The translations under genes and the position numbers were made by a program. DNA of 64,000 nt from Amoebophrya sp. A120. Its lineage: Eukaryota; Protista; Dinoflagellata. Within the stretch, counting starts at the first letter, position 1; every line of letters begins with the position of its first letter. This document shows positions 22,551 to 34,842 of the stretch, one piece after another. The notes under the pieces were generated by a model. The model had not been told where the DNA came from. It made no database searches and saw only the letters and a program-made list of their open reading frames with translations. The DNA lies in contig CAJINV010000004.1 of the NCBI GenBank assembly GCA_905178155.1, positions 4,807,996-4,871,995 on the forward strand, read 5' to 3'.

Positions 22551-25346
22551 ATGGAGGGTTTTTTCCGGCAGAATCCCAAGAAGCGCAAGTCCGCCGCCGC
22601 GGATGTGGAGGCCGTGTTGAAGCAGTTTTGCTGCGAAGAAGTCCAAAAAGAGTACCGCATGTGCAGGAACGAGCTGGAGAAGGAAGCCTTTCGCGAGGGG
22701 TTTCTGGGGTCCCTCGAGGGCTCGCTGACGACGATCATGCCCCAGTTACTGGACGAGGCACGAGTCCACGGAGAGAAGCACATGGGGAAATTGCTGGCCA
22801 AGAGCGAGCAAGTCCTGCAAAGTGACGCGCTGCTCGCGAAGTTATTTCAAGACCGAGGGCTGGCAGACTTGCGGGGTACGCGATTCTGGGAGGAAAAAAT
22901 AAAGCCCGGCGTGGTCCGGTGGGGCCTGTCCAACCTCGGAATGAGTCCCTTGATGGTGCACAATTTCTTTATGCAGCACCAGTTCTTGCCCGGTTTGGAG
23001 CAGCACCGGCCCGACAAGAACGATGGCACGATGTTCGAGTACCAGGCCTCCAGCAGCACGGTCAAGAAGAAGGACGCCGATAACGGTTCGACCGCACTCC
23101 TGGACTGGGTGAGTTTGGAGCCGATGCCAATCAAGGAGCTGCGGCTGTTTCAAACCCACACGGGCTATTTTCTTAACGTGACCATTGTCGGGCAACCGGC
23201 ATTGGAAACGGCCGTGCGCACCGTGATCCAGGACGACGCCGGCGGGCAGGCGACGACGGTGTTCTACAACTGCATGGGTGGTGCCATCACGCCTTCCACC
23301 TCCAAGTGGGACGGACAGAAAATGGTGGAGCAGCGGTTTGCGGTGGGCACGAAGCTCCAGATCGCCAACCCGTTCTACAAGATCGGTGCCGGGGGTGCGC
23401 GGGCCATCCGGGTCGACGACCCCCGGGAGGTGAAGTTCCTCTCCAGTGCCGTGAATCCCTCCTCCATCCGCGTGGACGCCGAGAAAGCGAGAGGAAACGC
23501 CGAGTTCGCGAAGGGCGCCTTTGACGCCGCACGGGAAATCTACCAGAACGCGCTCGCAGCGACGGAGCTGGATCTGCAAGTCAGTCTTCTGAACAACCGG
23601 GCTTTCATGTTTCTCAACGAGCAAAACTTCGGTAACGCGCTACTCGATGCGGCAGCCGTGATGTACCTGCGCCCGGACAACGAGAAGGCGTGGCACCGCT
23701 ACATTTCTGCACTCGAGGGACTGCAGAAGGGGGCGTCGCATCTGGTAGAGCAAGTGACTCTGGCGCGCGACGCGGCCTTCGCGGAAGTCAAGAAACCGAA
23801 GAACGCCGGCGCTCATAAAGAAGCGAAGCAATTCGCTCCTGAAAGTAGGGCGGCCGAGCCAGCAGCTGCGTCGTCTACGTCCGCATCAACTGCCTCTTCG
23901 CACTGCCGTCTCCGGCTTTTCTCGCAAGAGCAGCGCGCGATTTATGAACAGCTTTTGACAGAAGTTGTTGTTCCGGCGCTGCTGAGCAGCACAACTACAT
24001 CAGGTTCAGAGGCTGCAAAAGAGACCGTCACCTTTTCTCTTGATCGTGGAAACAAGTGCAACGAGCAAGGGAAATCGCTCTTCCGTGAGAAGAAGTGGGC
24101 CGCTGCACGAACCATGTTCACCGAAGGCCTACTGGTACTGAACGCTGACGGCTCCTCGCAACCTCTGGCTGCGATTCTCGGCAACTTGACGACTTGCGCA
24201 CTGCGTACGGGCCGCAGCGCAGAGGGTCTCGCGCTTTCGCTCATCACGCTGAGGCTCTTTGGCGCGGCGGCGCACTGTGCTCCGGAGGGCAAGCAGTGCG
24301 CCATACGCAACAAGGCACTGATGCGCGTTGTGTCCTCCCTTGTGAACCTCGGCGAGGAGGAGTGGGTAGCCGCGTTCTGGAGTCAGGTGGAGCCAAACAT
24401 AACCTCCTTTGGCGGAGAGGAGGGGTTCTTGAAGAAGGCCTACCAGGAGGAGACCCAATTCCTCCGCTGTTTGAACACCTTCGATGACCGTCCGCTGGCC
24501 GCGAAGAGACTGACAACCACCGACCTTTTTCCGTATTTCGCAAGCGACGCTTGCAACCTGAACACGGTGCGGACCTGCGACTGGATCCATCCGGACATTG
24601 AGCTGCGTGACACCGGCGGCAGCAAGGGACGAGGGGTGTTCGCGAAGACGACTCTCCAAAGGGGCACGGCCCTCATGGTCTGCAAGCCAGATCCGGGGCT
24701 GCTCGCGGCAGGCGAAAAACTCGCTGTCAACAAGAGCAGAACCGTCGTGATCGAGGCAAAGGGCGACGGGGTCCTGCGGTCCCCAACGCAGAAGCAGATC
24801 CAGCAGCAAATGTTTGCCCGTGTCCAAGATGACTTGGCGCTGGCATGGCGGCTACACCAATTGTACGATGGGTCCAAAAACTTTTACGAGAAACTTCGCG
24901 CCAGCCCCGCTGAAATCGAAACTTCCGAAAATGACGGAGTCAAGGGCGCGGACGGTCTGACCCTCTTTACGCATTGCCTGCCGCCTATCGTTTTTCCAGT
25001 GTTACCCCCGAGCCAAAAGTTCGTCGCGACTTCCGTCCGTGCCACTCTGGCTGGACTTTCCGAAACGCGCTTGGGCGGAATTCTCACCATGAACGAGTTT
25101 GGCAGCCAGGAGAATGGTGCTCACAACAAGATCCTCGAGGGGCACACGGTTCTCCACGTACAAATCTCCATGTTCAACCACTCCCTCGACAAGTTAAATG
25201 TCGGGTTCCTCGACATCGAAGGGAGAAGAAAAACGCCCAACTGCCCAACGGTGATGTACCTCGAACAGGACGTCTCCGCTGGCGACGAACTCTTCATCGC
25301 CTACACGAATGACAGGTCAACGGAGCGAGCGTGGATTGCGGCTTAG
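22551..25346 (+). CDS. TPR + SET domain protein (putative lysine methyltransferase), intronless
   Basis: TPR-like motifs (KARGNAEFAKGAF…LLNNRAFMFL…KAWHR; NEQGKSLFREKKW) and SET motifs KGRGVFAK, SMFNHS and AGDELFIAY. Confidence 0.85.
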   Translation: MEGFFRQNPKKRKSAAADVEAVLKQFCCEEVQKEYRMCRNELEKEAFREGFLGSLEGSLTTIMPQLLDEARVHGEKHMGKLLAKSEQVLQSDALLAKLFQDRGLADLRGTRFWEEKIKPGVVRWGLSNLGMSPLMVHNFFMQHQFLPGLEQHRPDKNDGTMFEYQASSSTVKKKDADNGSTALLDWVSLEPMPIKELRLFQTHTGYFLNVTIVGQPALETAVRTVIQDDAGGQATTVFYNCMGGAITPSTSKWDGQKMVEQRFAVGTKLQIANPFYKIGAGGARAIRVDDPREVKFLSSAVNPSSIRVDAEKARGNAEFAKGAFDAAREIYQNALAATELDLQVSLLNNRAFMFLNEQNFGNALLDAAAVMYLRPDNEKAWHRYISALEGLQKGASHLVEQVTLARDAAFAEVKKPKNAGAHKEAKQFAPESRAAEPAAASSTSASTASSHCRLRLFSQEQRAIYEQLLTEVVVPALLSSTTTSGSEAAKETVTFSLDRGNKCNEQGKSLFREKKWAAARTMFTEGLLVLNADGSSQPLAAILGNLTTCALRTGRSAEGLALSLITLRLFGAAAHCAPEGKQCAIRNKALMRVVSSLVNLGEEEWVAAFWSQVEPNITSFGGEEGFLKKAYQEETQFLRCLNTFDDRPLAAKRLTTTDLFPYFASDACNLNTVRTCDWIHPDIELRDTGGSKGRGVFAKTTLQRGTALMVCKPDPGLLAAGEKLAVNKSRTVVIEAKGDGVLRSPTQKQIQQQMFARVQDDLALAWRLHQLYDGSKNFYEKLRASPAEIETSENDGVKGADGLTLFTHCLPPIVFPVLPPSQKFVATSVRATLAGLSETRLGGILTMNEFGSQENGAHNKILEGHTVLHVQISMFNHSLDKLNVGFLDIEGRRKTPNCPTVMYLEQDVSAGDELFIAYTNDRSTERAWIAA

Positions 25347-26655
25347 GGCCGCAAGACATTTTGGCAAAGAAAAATTACAACGCCATCGTGCGGAAAATAT
25401 GGAATGAATATGAAAAAGATGAACTGACATACATTTACTTACATTGGTCTCAATCCAACAAGCGAACAATGGACCTTGGCACTCGTCGCATCAGAAATTC
25501 CAACGCAGTTGTAGATGTCCAAAGGTAGAAAAAGAAATTCAAATTTGCTGCCGCAGGAACTTTCCTTGTGCGTGCAGAGAACATGAAAAACTACTCCGGC
25601 GAGTTCCTCGATGTATTATTGTATCGCCAGTTGCTGTTCATCTTCTGGTCGTCTTATATGAACTTAGGACGCAAGAACGGTCGGCGTGGTGCAGGAGCAG
25701 GGATATATAATTACCAGGCAGAAAGATAGCCCGAGCCCGGCGCCTCATTCCTATGCCAGTCGTGGCAAGAAAAAATCTGTTGTGGTAGGTACAGCGAATG
25801 ATTCATTAGCATAGTGTCGCGGATGAAATAGGATGTAAAGGTAAACCGTGAAAGTGTTTCTTTTCTCGTATTGTGAGGGCCCGAGGCAGCCTCGGTTTTC
25901 GTGGAGTACATGTCTGCGCCTGCGGGAAACAAATTCGCTGCAGACCATAAATGATCGTGCTTGTACTCATCTGCGGGCGGAAACAAATGAATTGCTTTCG
26001 TGCCCGTGATCTCTTGATCGTTTATGGTAGTGCACGCTTTTTCCTTCGTCGCAATGGTCTTAATACCTCAAGCACAGCTTGTTATTGCCGCGTTCGCTAC
26101 AACTCTTTTGCCTCCACCTTCATCGTTGATCTAACTATTACCGACAAGACTGTAGTACTTAGCTGCACGACTAGAGCTGCCAGGGAAACTCGTGGGTTCG
26201 TGAGGAAACAGCAACACCTCGCTTCAATAACAGGATGGGAGTAGTCGACAACTTTCAGTTCTTCTGTGATCGTCGCTCGTCGCTCCATTTCGCGAAACAA
26301 AGATGAATCTATCGCACTAGAAGGCTCCACACCCCCGCTCGTGCAACAGATAAGTCAAACTCAAAGGCTATTCAACTAAAGTATATTAAACTCGGAATTT
26401 TTCACGACCCTATTTCTAGTCTGGCACTACGATTATGACAGTCATCTACATCTTCAGGATCAAAATGTTGGACGAGGGAGTACTTTTTTTTTTCTATTCT
26501 TTCGGGTGACGCAACCAGTGATGTTGATGTGAAAAGATAGAAAATGGCATGGTCGTACTCGTTTCACTCTAGCCGAGACTAGCTTTGTCCGGTTTTCCGG
26601 AACAACGGGCGTAAAGGTTCCTGGAGCGACGCGGTTGTGAATGTGATTGAACAAG

Positions 26656-28039
26656 ATGCCGAAGAACGTTACCAGATCCAGACTTTCGGTGTCGGCGAAG
26701 CTGCTGGCGTTTACGTTTGGAAACGGTAATTGTATTATTGACTTGATTTCATCGGAAGTTCAAGTTCATATTCATTCACATGACATGTATTGGCTTCTTG
26801 GCTTCCATCGTCTTTGTGTATTTTTGGTGATTTTCATGCATATCAACCGCCCGCACCCGCAGCCGCAGCCGCACGCAAGAACATGCAGGGACATCGTGTG
26901 ATGCGCTACGTGACGCACATGCTGCGCATGCGCTGGTGCAGAAGTAATGTTGTAAATCAATACAACCTAAGATGTCGCGTTCGCGAAGATAAAGATTAAG
27001 ATTAAAAATAACTCTGCACTAAACTTCTACAACGAACAGGCCTAGCTATCGTGGTGGACCGGGACACGAGGAAGCAACTGGAAGAGGTCGAGTCGTTCCA
27101 TGGTTCCGTTGCTGGTGTCGGACCCGATGGAAACGTCGACCAGAAGCAGGAAGGCAACGAGTTGTACTACAGCGACGAGACGGAAGACGCTCCGGCTAGC
27201 GAGAATGATGTTGAACAAGGTGGAGAACCGTCGGTGGGGATGTTGGACAAGGTGGCAGCTGCGTCGGAGATGTACGACAAGCTCATGGCCTGCAGAACAA
27301 CGCGTTGCTGTCGGGCGTTGAACGCGGCCGCAATGAACGGAATGCGGACTTTGTGAAGGGCGCCCGCAAACTCATGCGAGACGGCGAAGGACTCACGAAC
27401 GGGTCTATAAATCCAGGAAAGACAGCGTTCGACAACGTGCATGACGCCACTATGGGCCACTTCCGCGGCAGACTCTACCCCTACAGCTGCTGGTGGAAGG
27501 ACGCATCCAGCTTCCCAGTGCGCATATCGACAGGAAAAACAGCACTGACGCTGTCAATATATTTGATAAGTAGATATATCATAAACATTAAAATGTGGTT
27601 TTGCATGATCTACAGCCGGATGGTGCTGGTGCATGGATGGGTCATGAGCCAGCGACTTTTTTGTCACTTTTCTGTCTGAGTTGGAATAAACAAACATTAA
27701 GAACATGACCTTTCAATTCCATAGAGACCTCCACGGCAAGCGGAGATTGTTCCAGTGCCACAGCCACAAGTCATAAATTTATTGATGCAAATGATCAAGA
27801 ACAAGAATAGTATTCTGTGCAGCGTTTTTCTTTTTCGATTCCGCATCCAGGAGGGTTGCTACTACGCCTTCACTGCGGCTCTGACAGGAGCCTGGCAAAA
27901 TCCGAGGAGAGCGGATCGGGATTGCTGCGAAGAAGTGCCGGGCGAGAAGAAGTGCCGGCGGGTAGAGAACGCGCCTCTGTCCTGCCCGAAGTACGAAGCG
28001 ACACCGGGCCACCCCCTACAGACGGCATGGTTCAGATGA
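26656..28039 (+). pseudogene. Cys-rich small protein family, copy 1 (probable pseudogene)
   Basis: Same exon structure as copies 2 and 3, but lacks 13 nt relative to copy 3 near 27280 (GACAA[cactttcaacagc]GCTCA), which shifts the frame. Confidence 0.55.
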
Positions 28040-29390
28040 GATTCTTCAAGAAACAAGCTAGCTCTAGCTAGTACATGCGTGCGTCGAAGCAGTCACAAAT
28101 AACAGAAGTTGTAAGTGCTCAAGTTCAAAAGCAATAAATACACGGGTCCGATTAACATCAATCATGACCACACCCACACGATGACGATGAGATGTTTAAG
28201 TACTTGCAGCGTCTGATCTATCAATTTCGTCGTGACAGTAAAAAGTTACCGTGTGACACTTGAAGAGAAAAGTCTCCTTAATATCGCGGCCACGTTGTAC
28301 TCACACAATTTGTCGAACACGATGCCTTTTGGATTTGAAATTGCTTCAACACATCGCATATGAATTGAAATCTACGTAACTGTACTTACGAAATTGTGCT
28401 TGTTGAAATTTTGTTTTATTTATATGCATCTTATCAGGCTTGAAAACTAACAGTGGCACAAGAAGCGTATTTTTGTTTGCGTTCTAGGTTGCAGCGATAC
28501 TCGGCTCGACAGACGAGGTGAAGAACACGAAGAGATAGGATTGCGTGTCGCCTTAGGTCTGCCCGGACCCGGCGTCCGAAGCCCTCCATCCAGCAGCTGT
28601 TGCTTCTGCAACTCTACGTCGGCTGCTGTGGTGGAAAAAAGAATTGTCACGAGGTGTTCCAATACCACACACAGCAAAGGCAGAATATCGGAACTTTTTA
28701 ATTTTTGTAAGTAGGTAGTAAGTACTCAAACTTACATATGTACCGGGGTTGTTTGCTTTTCTTTGTAATAAACATCGTATCGTGGTGCTTCCTGTTCTAT
28801 CTTCATCTTCTCGTTTAGTTGACCTCGTCTACCACTTGACTTCGAGCAATGACTATCGTAACTCGCTAGATCAGAAAGACTTCATCGTTGCTTTCTTACC
28901 GACAAGACTGTAGTACAGCTGCACTAGAGCTGCCAGGGAAAATCGTGGGTTCGTGAGGAAACAGCAACACCTTGCTCTGTAGTCGACAACTTTCAGTTCT
29001 TCTGTGAGCATCGGTCGTCGCTCCATTTCGAGAAACAATCTATCGTAGACGTCTCCACTACGCCCCCGCTCGTGCAACAGCGTCAAAGTGAGCTATGCAC
29101 CCAGCAGAGTATTTTTTGCGGATCTAGCTTTAGTCTTGCACGGTGCAGCTGCGTCAATTTCAATGTACGATTACGACAGTCATCAGAAAAATAATAATAA
29201 ACATGGTCGAGGGAGTGATCTACTTGTTTTTTTCTGATTCTTTCGGGTGACCGACGCAACCAGTGATGTTGACGTGAAAAGAACATGGCGTGGTCGTACT
29301 CGTTTCACTCTACTAGCCGAGACTAGCTTAGTCCGGTTTTCCAGAACAAGAGGCGTAACGGTTCCGAAAGCGACGCGGTTGTGATTGAAG

Positions 29391-30850
29391 ATGCCGAAGA
29401 ACGTTACCAGATCCAGACTGTCGGTCTCGGCGAAGCTGCTGGCGTTTACGTTTGGAAACGGTAATATTCATTCGATTTCATCGGAAGAAATTCATATTCA
29501 TTCACATGACATCTATTGGCTTGGCTTCCATCGTCTTTGTGTATTGGTGATTTTCATGCATTATATCAGCCGCCCGCACCCGAATGCAAGAACATGCAGT
29601 GACATCGTGTGATGCGCTACATGAGGCACATGCTGCGCATGCGGTGGTGGAGAATTAACTTGAATGTTGTAAATCAATACAAAGTAAGATTTAGCGATCG
29701 AAGTAGATAGCCAAAGATTAACAAGATTTAATAATTCTTCAGGCCTAGCCGTCGTGGTGGACCGGGACACGAGGAAGCAACTGGAAGAGGTCGAGTCGTT
29801 CCATGGTTCCGTTTATCAAATGCAACAATGTCTGGGTCTGGAAGAGTGGATGTTTGTCATGCTTGTCTGGCATGATGACTCTTAAATCTGTCGTGCACGT
29901 TACCCAAGAGCTCCACTTTTCTGTCATGCAGAAACGCAGTTTGTCATGCAGAATAGGCAAGAACACCTAGAAGCTCACAAACTTGTCATGCTGAGCCAGC
30001 ATTTGTGCTCATGAGACGCCACCCAGCATCACAAGTTTCCAGACCCAGACACTTTTGCATTTGATACCGTTGCTGGTGTCGGACCCGATGGAAACGACCA
30101 GAAGCAGGAGAACAACAACGAGTTGTACTACGGCGACGAGGCAGAGGAGGACGCTCCGGCCAGCGAGATGAATGATGGACAAATTGGAGAACCTTCCGTG
30201 GTGATGTTCAACATCTCGCCCGAGGCCGCGCAGGCGCAAGCAATGGCTGAACACGTGGACGGTGGACAGTCGATCGGGAACGTAATCCCCGGCACTGCCA
30301 CCAGACTGCACTCCTACACCTGCTGGTGGCGGGCAGAAGAAAGGACACTATTCACGAATCAGGTGTGGGTTATATCGATGGGAAAAACAAAAGCAGCAGC
30401 ACCATTGCCGCTGTCCATATGAATAAGAATGATTTGGCTTTGCATCTTTCAGCTTAATGCATTTTTCTAGACTTGCACTTGCATGATCTTTTGGTGCATG
30501 CATGGGTCATGAGCCAACTTTTTCTTTATTGTCCTGCCTGACCAACCGAACTTTATTTTCCTGCCTGAACAACATTAAGGATAAGGACAGGAACAGATGA
30601 TGAGCATTGTCATTCATCAAGAACAGTGGTGCTGCGCGCCGCGTTTTCTTTGTTGATATCGCGAAGCGGGTTGCTACTACGGTTTCACCTATTTTTCGGG
30701 GCGAGCAAAGAGGGGGAAGAGAGCGCATTCGGATTGCTGCGTGGAAGTGGATGACGGGGCGGGAAGGAAAAAATGCCGGCGACAGAACTTGCGCAGATTG
30801 CCTGTGACCTGCCCGGTGTACGAGTCTGGCGAGTTGGCCTCCTGGACAAG
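29391..30850 (+). CDS. Cys-rich small protein family, copy 2 (divergent 3' half; 3' end uncertain)
   Basis: MPKNVTRSRLSVSAKLLAFTFGN|GLAVVVDRDTRKQLEE…SYTCWW…GCYYGF…DCCVE…KCRR…CPVYE. Carries element 29814-30066. Confidence 0.55.
29814..30066. mobile_element. Introner-like element, family B1 (253 bp), TSD CCGTT; empty site in paralogues
   Basis: TAT-caaa-TGCAACAATGTCTGGGTCTGGAAG … TTCCAGACCCAGACACTTTTGCA-tttg-ATA, with CCGTT at 29809-29813 and 30067-30071. The paralogues (~27106, ~32717) have a single CCGTT. Confidence 0.97.
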
Positions 30851-32360
30851 GTAAGCTTCGGGAAGCAGCAGGAGTGCGCCTTCGCTATCACTTCAAAAAA
30901 AATCAAAAACAAATACTAACTTACAAACAAAAGTGTAAACTACTAGAGCAACAGCAAGACTATACGGATATTATGACGCTGCTTACGACCAGAAGTGCCA
31001 CTACTAGTAGACAAAGGAATAGAAGTGAAAAATAGAATGAAGAGAGGAAAAGCATGCACAGCTGTGCGCTGTGCTTGAAGAGTAAAAACGATCGCCACGT
31101 ACTGGAACTCGTAGCGCACGACACTTTTTGGATTTGAAATACAAATAGGCTCTACGAGATCGCCTATTATGAATTCAAAAAGCAAGACGTCCATGTCGAG
31201 GACCAGGCAGCAATTTACTCCAGACGGCCGCAAAGTCGAATATTGTATATTACATACGCAATTTTTGTGCTTGTATAATGTATATTCAATTGCTATTGTA
31301 TAAATGTTGTCAGAGATTTTTGTTTGCACTCTTTTATAGCAATACTCGGCTCGACCACAGACGTCGAAATCACGGAGAACACGAGATACGATTTCGTGTC
31401 GTGTCCGGTTCGTTCTCTCCGGTTCGTTCTCTAAGCGGCGTCCGGAGCTTTCCAAGCTGTTGCTCGTGCAGCTGCACGTCGTGTTCGAACAAGACCACAC
31501 GCGGTGGCAAGGGCGGAATATCGGAACTCCTGGATCATGTCGTGTAGTGTATGTACGTACTCACTCTTCGTCTTCGGTATGGCTATGGTTGGCTGCATTG
31601 CGGAAAATAAGTCTTCGGGTTGGTTGCGGAAAATAAGTCCTCAAGATCTAGTCATCATCTTGGTCGTGATCTCTTGATCTCTTGATCTTTTAATTTTATG
31701 GTGGTGCACGCTTTTTCCTTCGTCGCGATGGTCCACTTAATACCTCAAGTACAACTTGTTATCCCTTCGCTACAACTCTTTTGCCTCCACCTTCTTCGTT
31801 TTCGTTACCTTACCGACAAGACTGTAGTACTTAGCTGCACTAGAGCTGCCAGGGAAAATCGTGGGTTCGTGAGGAAATAACAGCAACAGCTAGCTACACT
31901 AACATGATGGGGGTAGTCGACAACTTTCAGTTCTTCCGTGAGCGTCGCTCGTCGTCGTCGCTCCATGTCGCGCTTCAAAGATGAATCTATCGTAGTAGAA
32001 GGCTCCACGCCCCGGCCCCCGCTCGTGCAACAGATAAGGGAAAGGCTATTCACCTAGAGTATGAAATTGAACAAGCTCAGAATTTTTCACGAGCCTATTT
32101 CTAGTCTGGAACAGTGCATCAATTATTTACGATTACGACAGTCATCTTCAGAATCAAAATGTTGGACGAGGGAGTCTTGTTTTTTTCCTATTCTTTGGGG
32201 TGACGTAACCCGTGATGTTGACGTGAAAAGAACATGGCGTGGTCGTACTCGTTTCCCTCTTCTAGCGGCCGAGACTAGCTTCGTCCGGTTTTCCGGAACA
32301 AGAGGCGTACAGGATAAGGTTCCTGGAGCGACGCTGTTGTGAATGTGATTGAACAACAAG

Positions 32361-33917
32361 ATGCCGAAGAACGTTACCAGATCCAGACTTTCGGTCTCGG
32401 CGAAGCTGCTGGCGTTTACGTTTGGAAACGGTAATAATTGGCTGGGCTTTAATCGTCTTTGTGTATTGGTGATTTTCATGCATGTCAGCCGGCCAAACCC
32501 GCACGCAAGAACATGCAGTGACAACATGTGATGCGCTACATGACGCACATAAAAATGCGCATGCGCTGGTGGAGGAATAACGTTCGTAAATCAATACAAA
32601 CTAAGATGTCGGTGTCTCGAAGATAAGGATCAAGATTAATAATTCTACAGGCCTAGCTGTCGTCCTGGACCGGGACACGAGGAAGCAACTGGAAGAGGGC
32701 GAATCGTTCCATGGTTCCGTTGTTAGTGTCGGACCCGATGAAAACGTCGGCCAGAAGCAGGAGCGCAACGAGTTGTACTACAGCGACGAGGCGGAAGACG
32801 CTCCGGCTAGCGATAATGATGTTGAACAAGGTGGAGAAGAACCTTCCGTGGTGATGTTGGACAAGGTCAAGGTGGCAGCGTCGGAGATCTACGACAACAC
32901 TTTCAACAGCGCTCAGCGCCTGCAGGACAACTCCGTGCTGTCCGACGCGCAACGCAGCCAGATTGAACATGATGAGGAGTTGGTGCAGACCGCCCGCAGC
33001 CTCATGCGCGACAGCGAAGGACTTACGAACGGGTGTCTGCATCCGCCAACGACAGCGTTTGGCAAGTTGCGTGACGCCACGGGCTATCAAATGTAAAAGT
33101 GTCTGGGTCTGGAAGAATTGGAACTTGTGATGCTAGCTTTGGTCTCTAAAAAAATCTGTATTGCATGACCAGCAAGAGGAGTCTAGTTTGTGCTATGCAG
33201 GGAGGGCGTTTGTCATGCGGAGTAGCCATCAGGAAGCCCTCTAAAAATCTGTGATGCTAGGTCGTGCATTACAGACATCCTGGGTCATGCAAAACATGCA
33301 TGACAAGTCTCAGAATCTTCCAGACCCAGACATTTTTACATTTGATACGGGCCACCTTTCCTACAGCTGCTGGTGGAAGGATGCATCCGTCTTCCCCTGG
33401 CGCATATGGACAGGAAAAACAGCACTAGTGACGCATTTTTTTGGTTTTGCATGATCTAGACCAGGATGGTCCTGGTCCATGGAGATGGAGATGGATCGGT
33501 CAGGAGCCAGCGAGTTCTTTGTCATTTTTCTCTCTGAGTAGGAGTAAAAAATAAGAACATGTTGACCTTCCAATTCCATAGAGACCTCCGAGGCAGGCGG
33601 AGATTGTGCCAGTCGTGCCACAGCCACAGCCACAAATTAAAATTATAAACTTGTTGATGCAAATAATCAAGAATAAAGAGAGTATTCTGTGCAGTGTTTT
33701 TCTTTTTTGATTCCGCCGTCAGGGTTGCTACTACGGTATCACCGCGGCTCTGGCAGGAGTCTGTCAGAATCCGAAGAGAGCACATGGGGATTGCTGCGAA
33801 GAAGTGCGAGTGCCGGGACAGAACAACAAGTGCCGGCGGGTAAAAAACGCGCTTTTTTCGTGCCCGAAGTACGAAGCGATACCTGGCTTCTCGTCACAAA
33901 CGGCATGGTTCAGATGA
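32361..33917 (+). CDS. Cys-rich small protein family, copy 3
   Basis: GT-AG intron 32431-32650 and element 33085-33347. The C-terminal exon reads GCYYGITAALAGVCQNPKRAHGDCCEE…KCRRV…CPKYE…WFR*. The last intron's boundaries are unresolved. Confidence 0.6.
33085..33347. mobile_element. Introner-like element, family B2 (263 bp), TSD CGGGC; absent from paralogues
   Basis: TAT-caaa-TGTAAAAGTGTCTGGGTCTGGAAG … CTTCCAGACCCAGACATTTTTACA-tttg-ATA, with CGGGC at 33080-33084 and 33348-33352. The interior is similar to 54489-54760. Confidence 0.96.
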
Positions 33918-34842
33918 AATTCTTTGTAGGAAGCTGGCTGTAGCTACTACCACGTGTGCGTCGGCAGCGGCACAGTCACAAACAGAAGTTGTAAGTGCTC
34001 AAACTCAAAAGCAGATACACGAGTCCGATTAACATCAATCATGACCACATGTTGTTGATGAGATGTTTAGGTTTACGTGCGTCTGATGAATCTCGTCGTG
34101 ACAGTAAAAACTTACCGTGTGACACTTGAAGAGAAAAGTCTCCCTATCGCGGCCACATTGTACTCAAACAATTTGTCGAACGCGATGCCCATGCCTTTTG
34201 GATTTGATTGGCATTGGTTCAACAGATCGCATATGAATTAAAATTTACGTAACTGTACTTACGCAATTGTGCTTGAATTTTTGTTTACTGTATTTATGCA
34301 TCTTATCCGACTTGAAAACTATCAGTGGCACAAACGTATTTTTGTTTGCGTTCTAGGTCGCAGCGATGCTCGGCTCGACAGACGAGATGAGGAACACGAG
34401 ATAAAATTGCGTGTCGCGTCACCAGTTCTGGTGTCCGGCGTCCGGAGCCCTCCATCAAGCAGCTGTTGCTTCTGCAACTCTACGTCCCCCGCTGTGGTGG
34501 AAAAAGAATTATCAGGAGGTGTTCCAAGACATGAGACCACACACAGCAAAGGTAAAATATCGGAACTCCTGGATTTTTGTGAGTAGGCACTGACTCAAAC
34601 TTACGTATGTACCGAGGTTGTTTGGGTTTGCCTTTGTATACTTTCTAGTCTTCCTGTTCTATCTTCATCTAGATCTTCTTGTTCATCTTCTCGTTTATTT
34701 GACCACCCGACGCCGAGCAATGACTATCGTAACTGGCTCGACCTAGATCAGAAAGATCCCCTGAAGATGTATGCTCTTCGCCCCTCTAGTCTTTTCTCTC
34801 GGGTACCCGACTTGCAGCTGCTGCAAGAGTTTTAAATCAAAC

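Larger units (their letters stand above)
26001..34760 (+). repeat. Degenerate tandem triplication of a ~2.8-3.1 kb unit
   Basis: Markers recur, e.g. CCGACAAGACTGTAGTAC at ~26141, ~28898 and ~31813, and ATGCCGAAGAACGTTACCAGATCCAGAC at 26656, 29391 and 32361. Unit limits are approximate (~26001, ~28881, ~31661). Confidence 0.92.
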
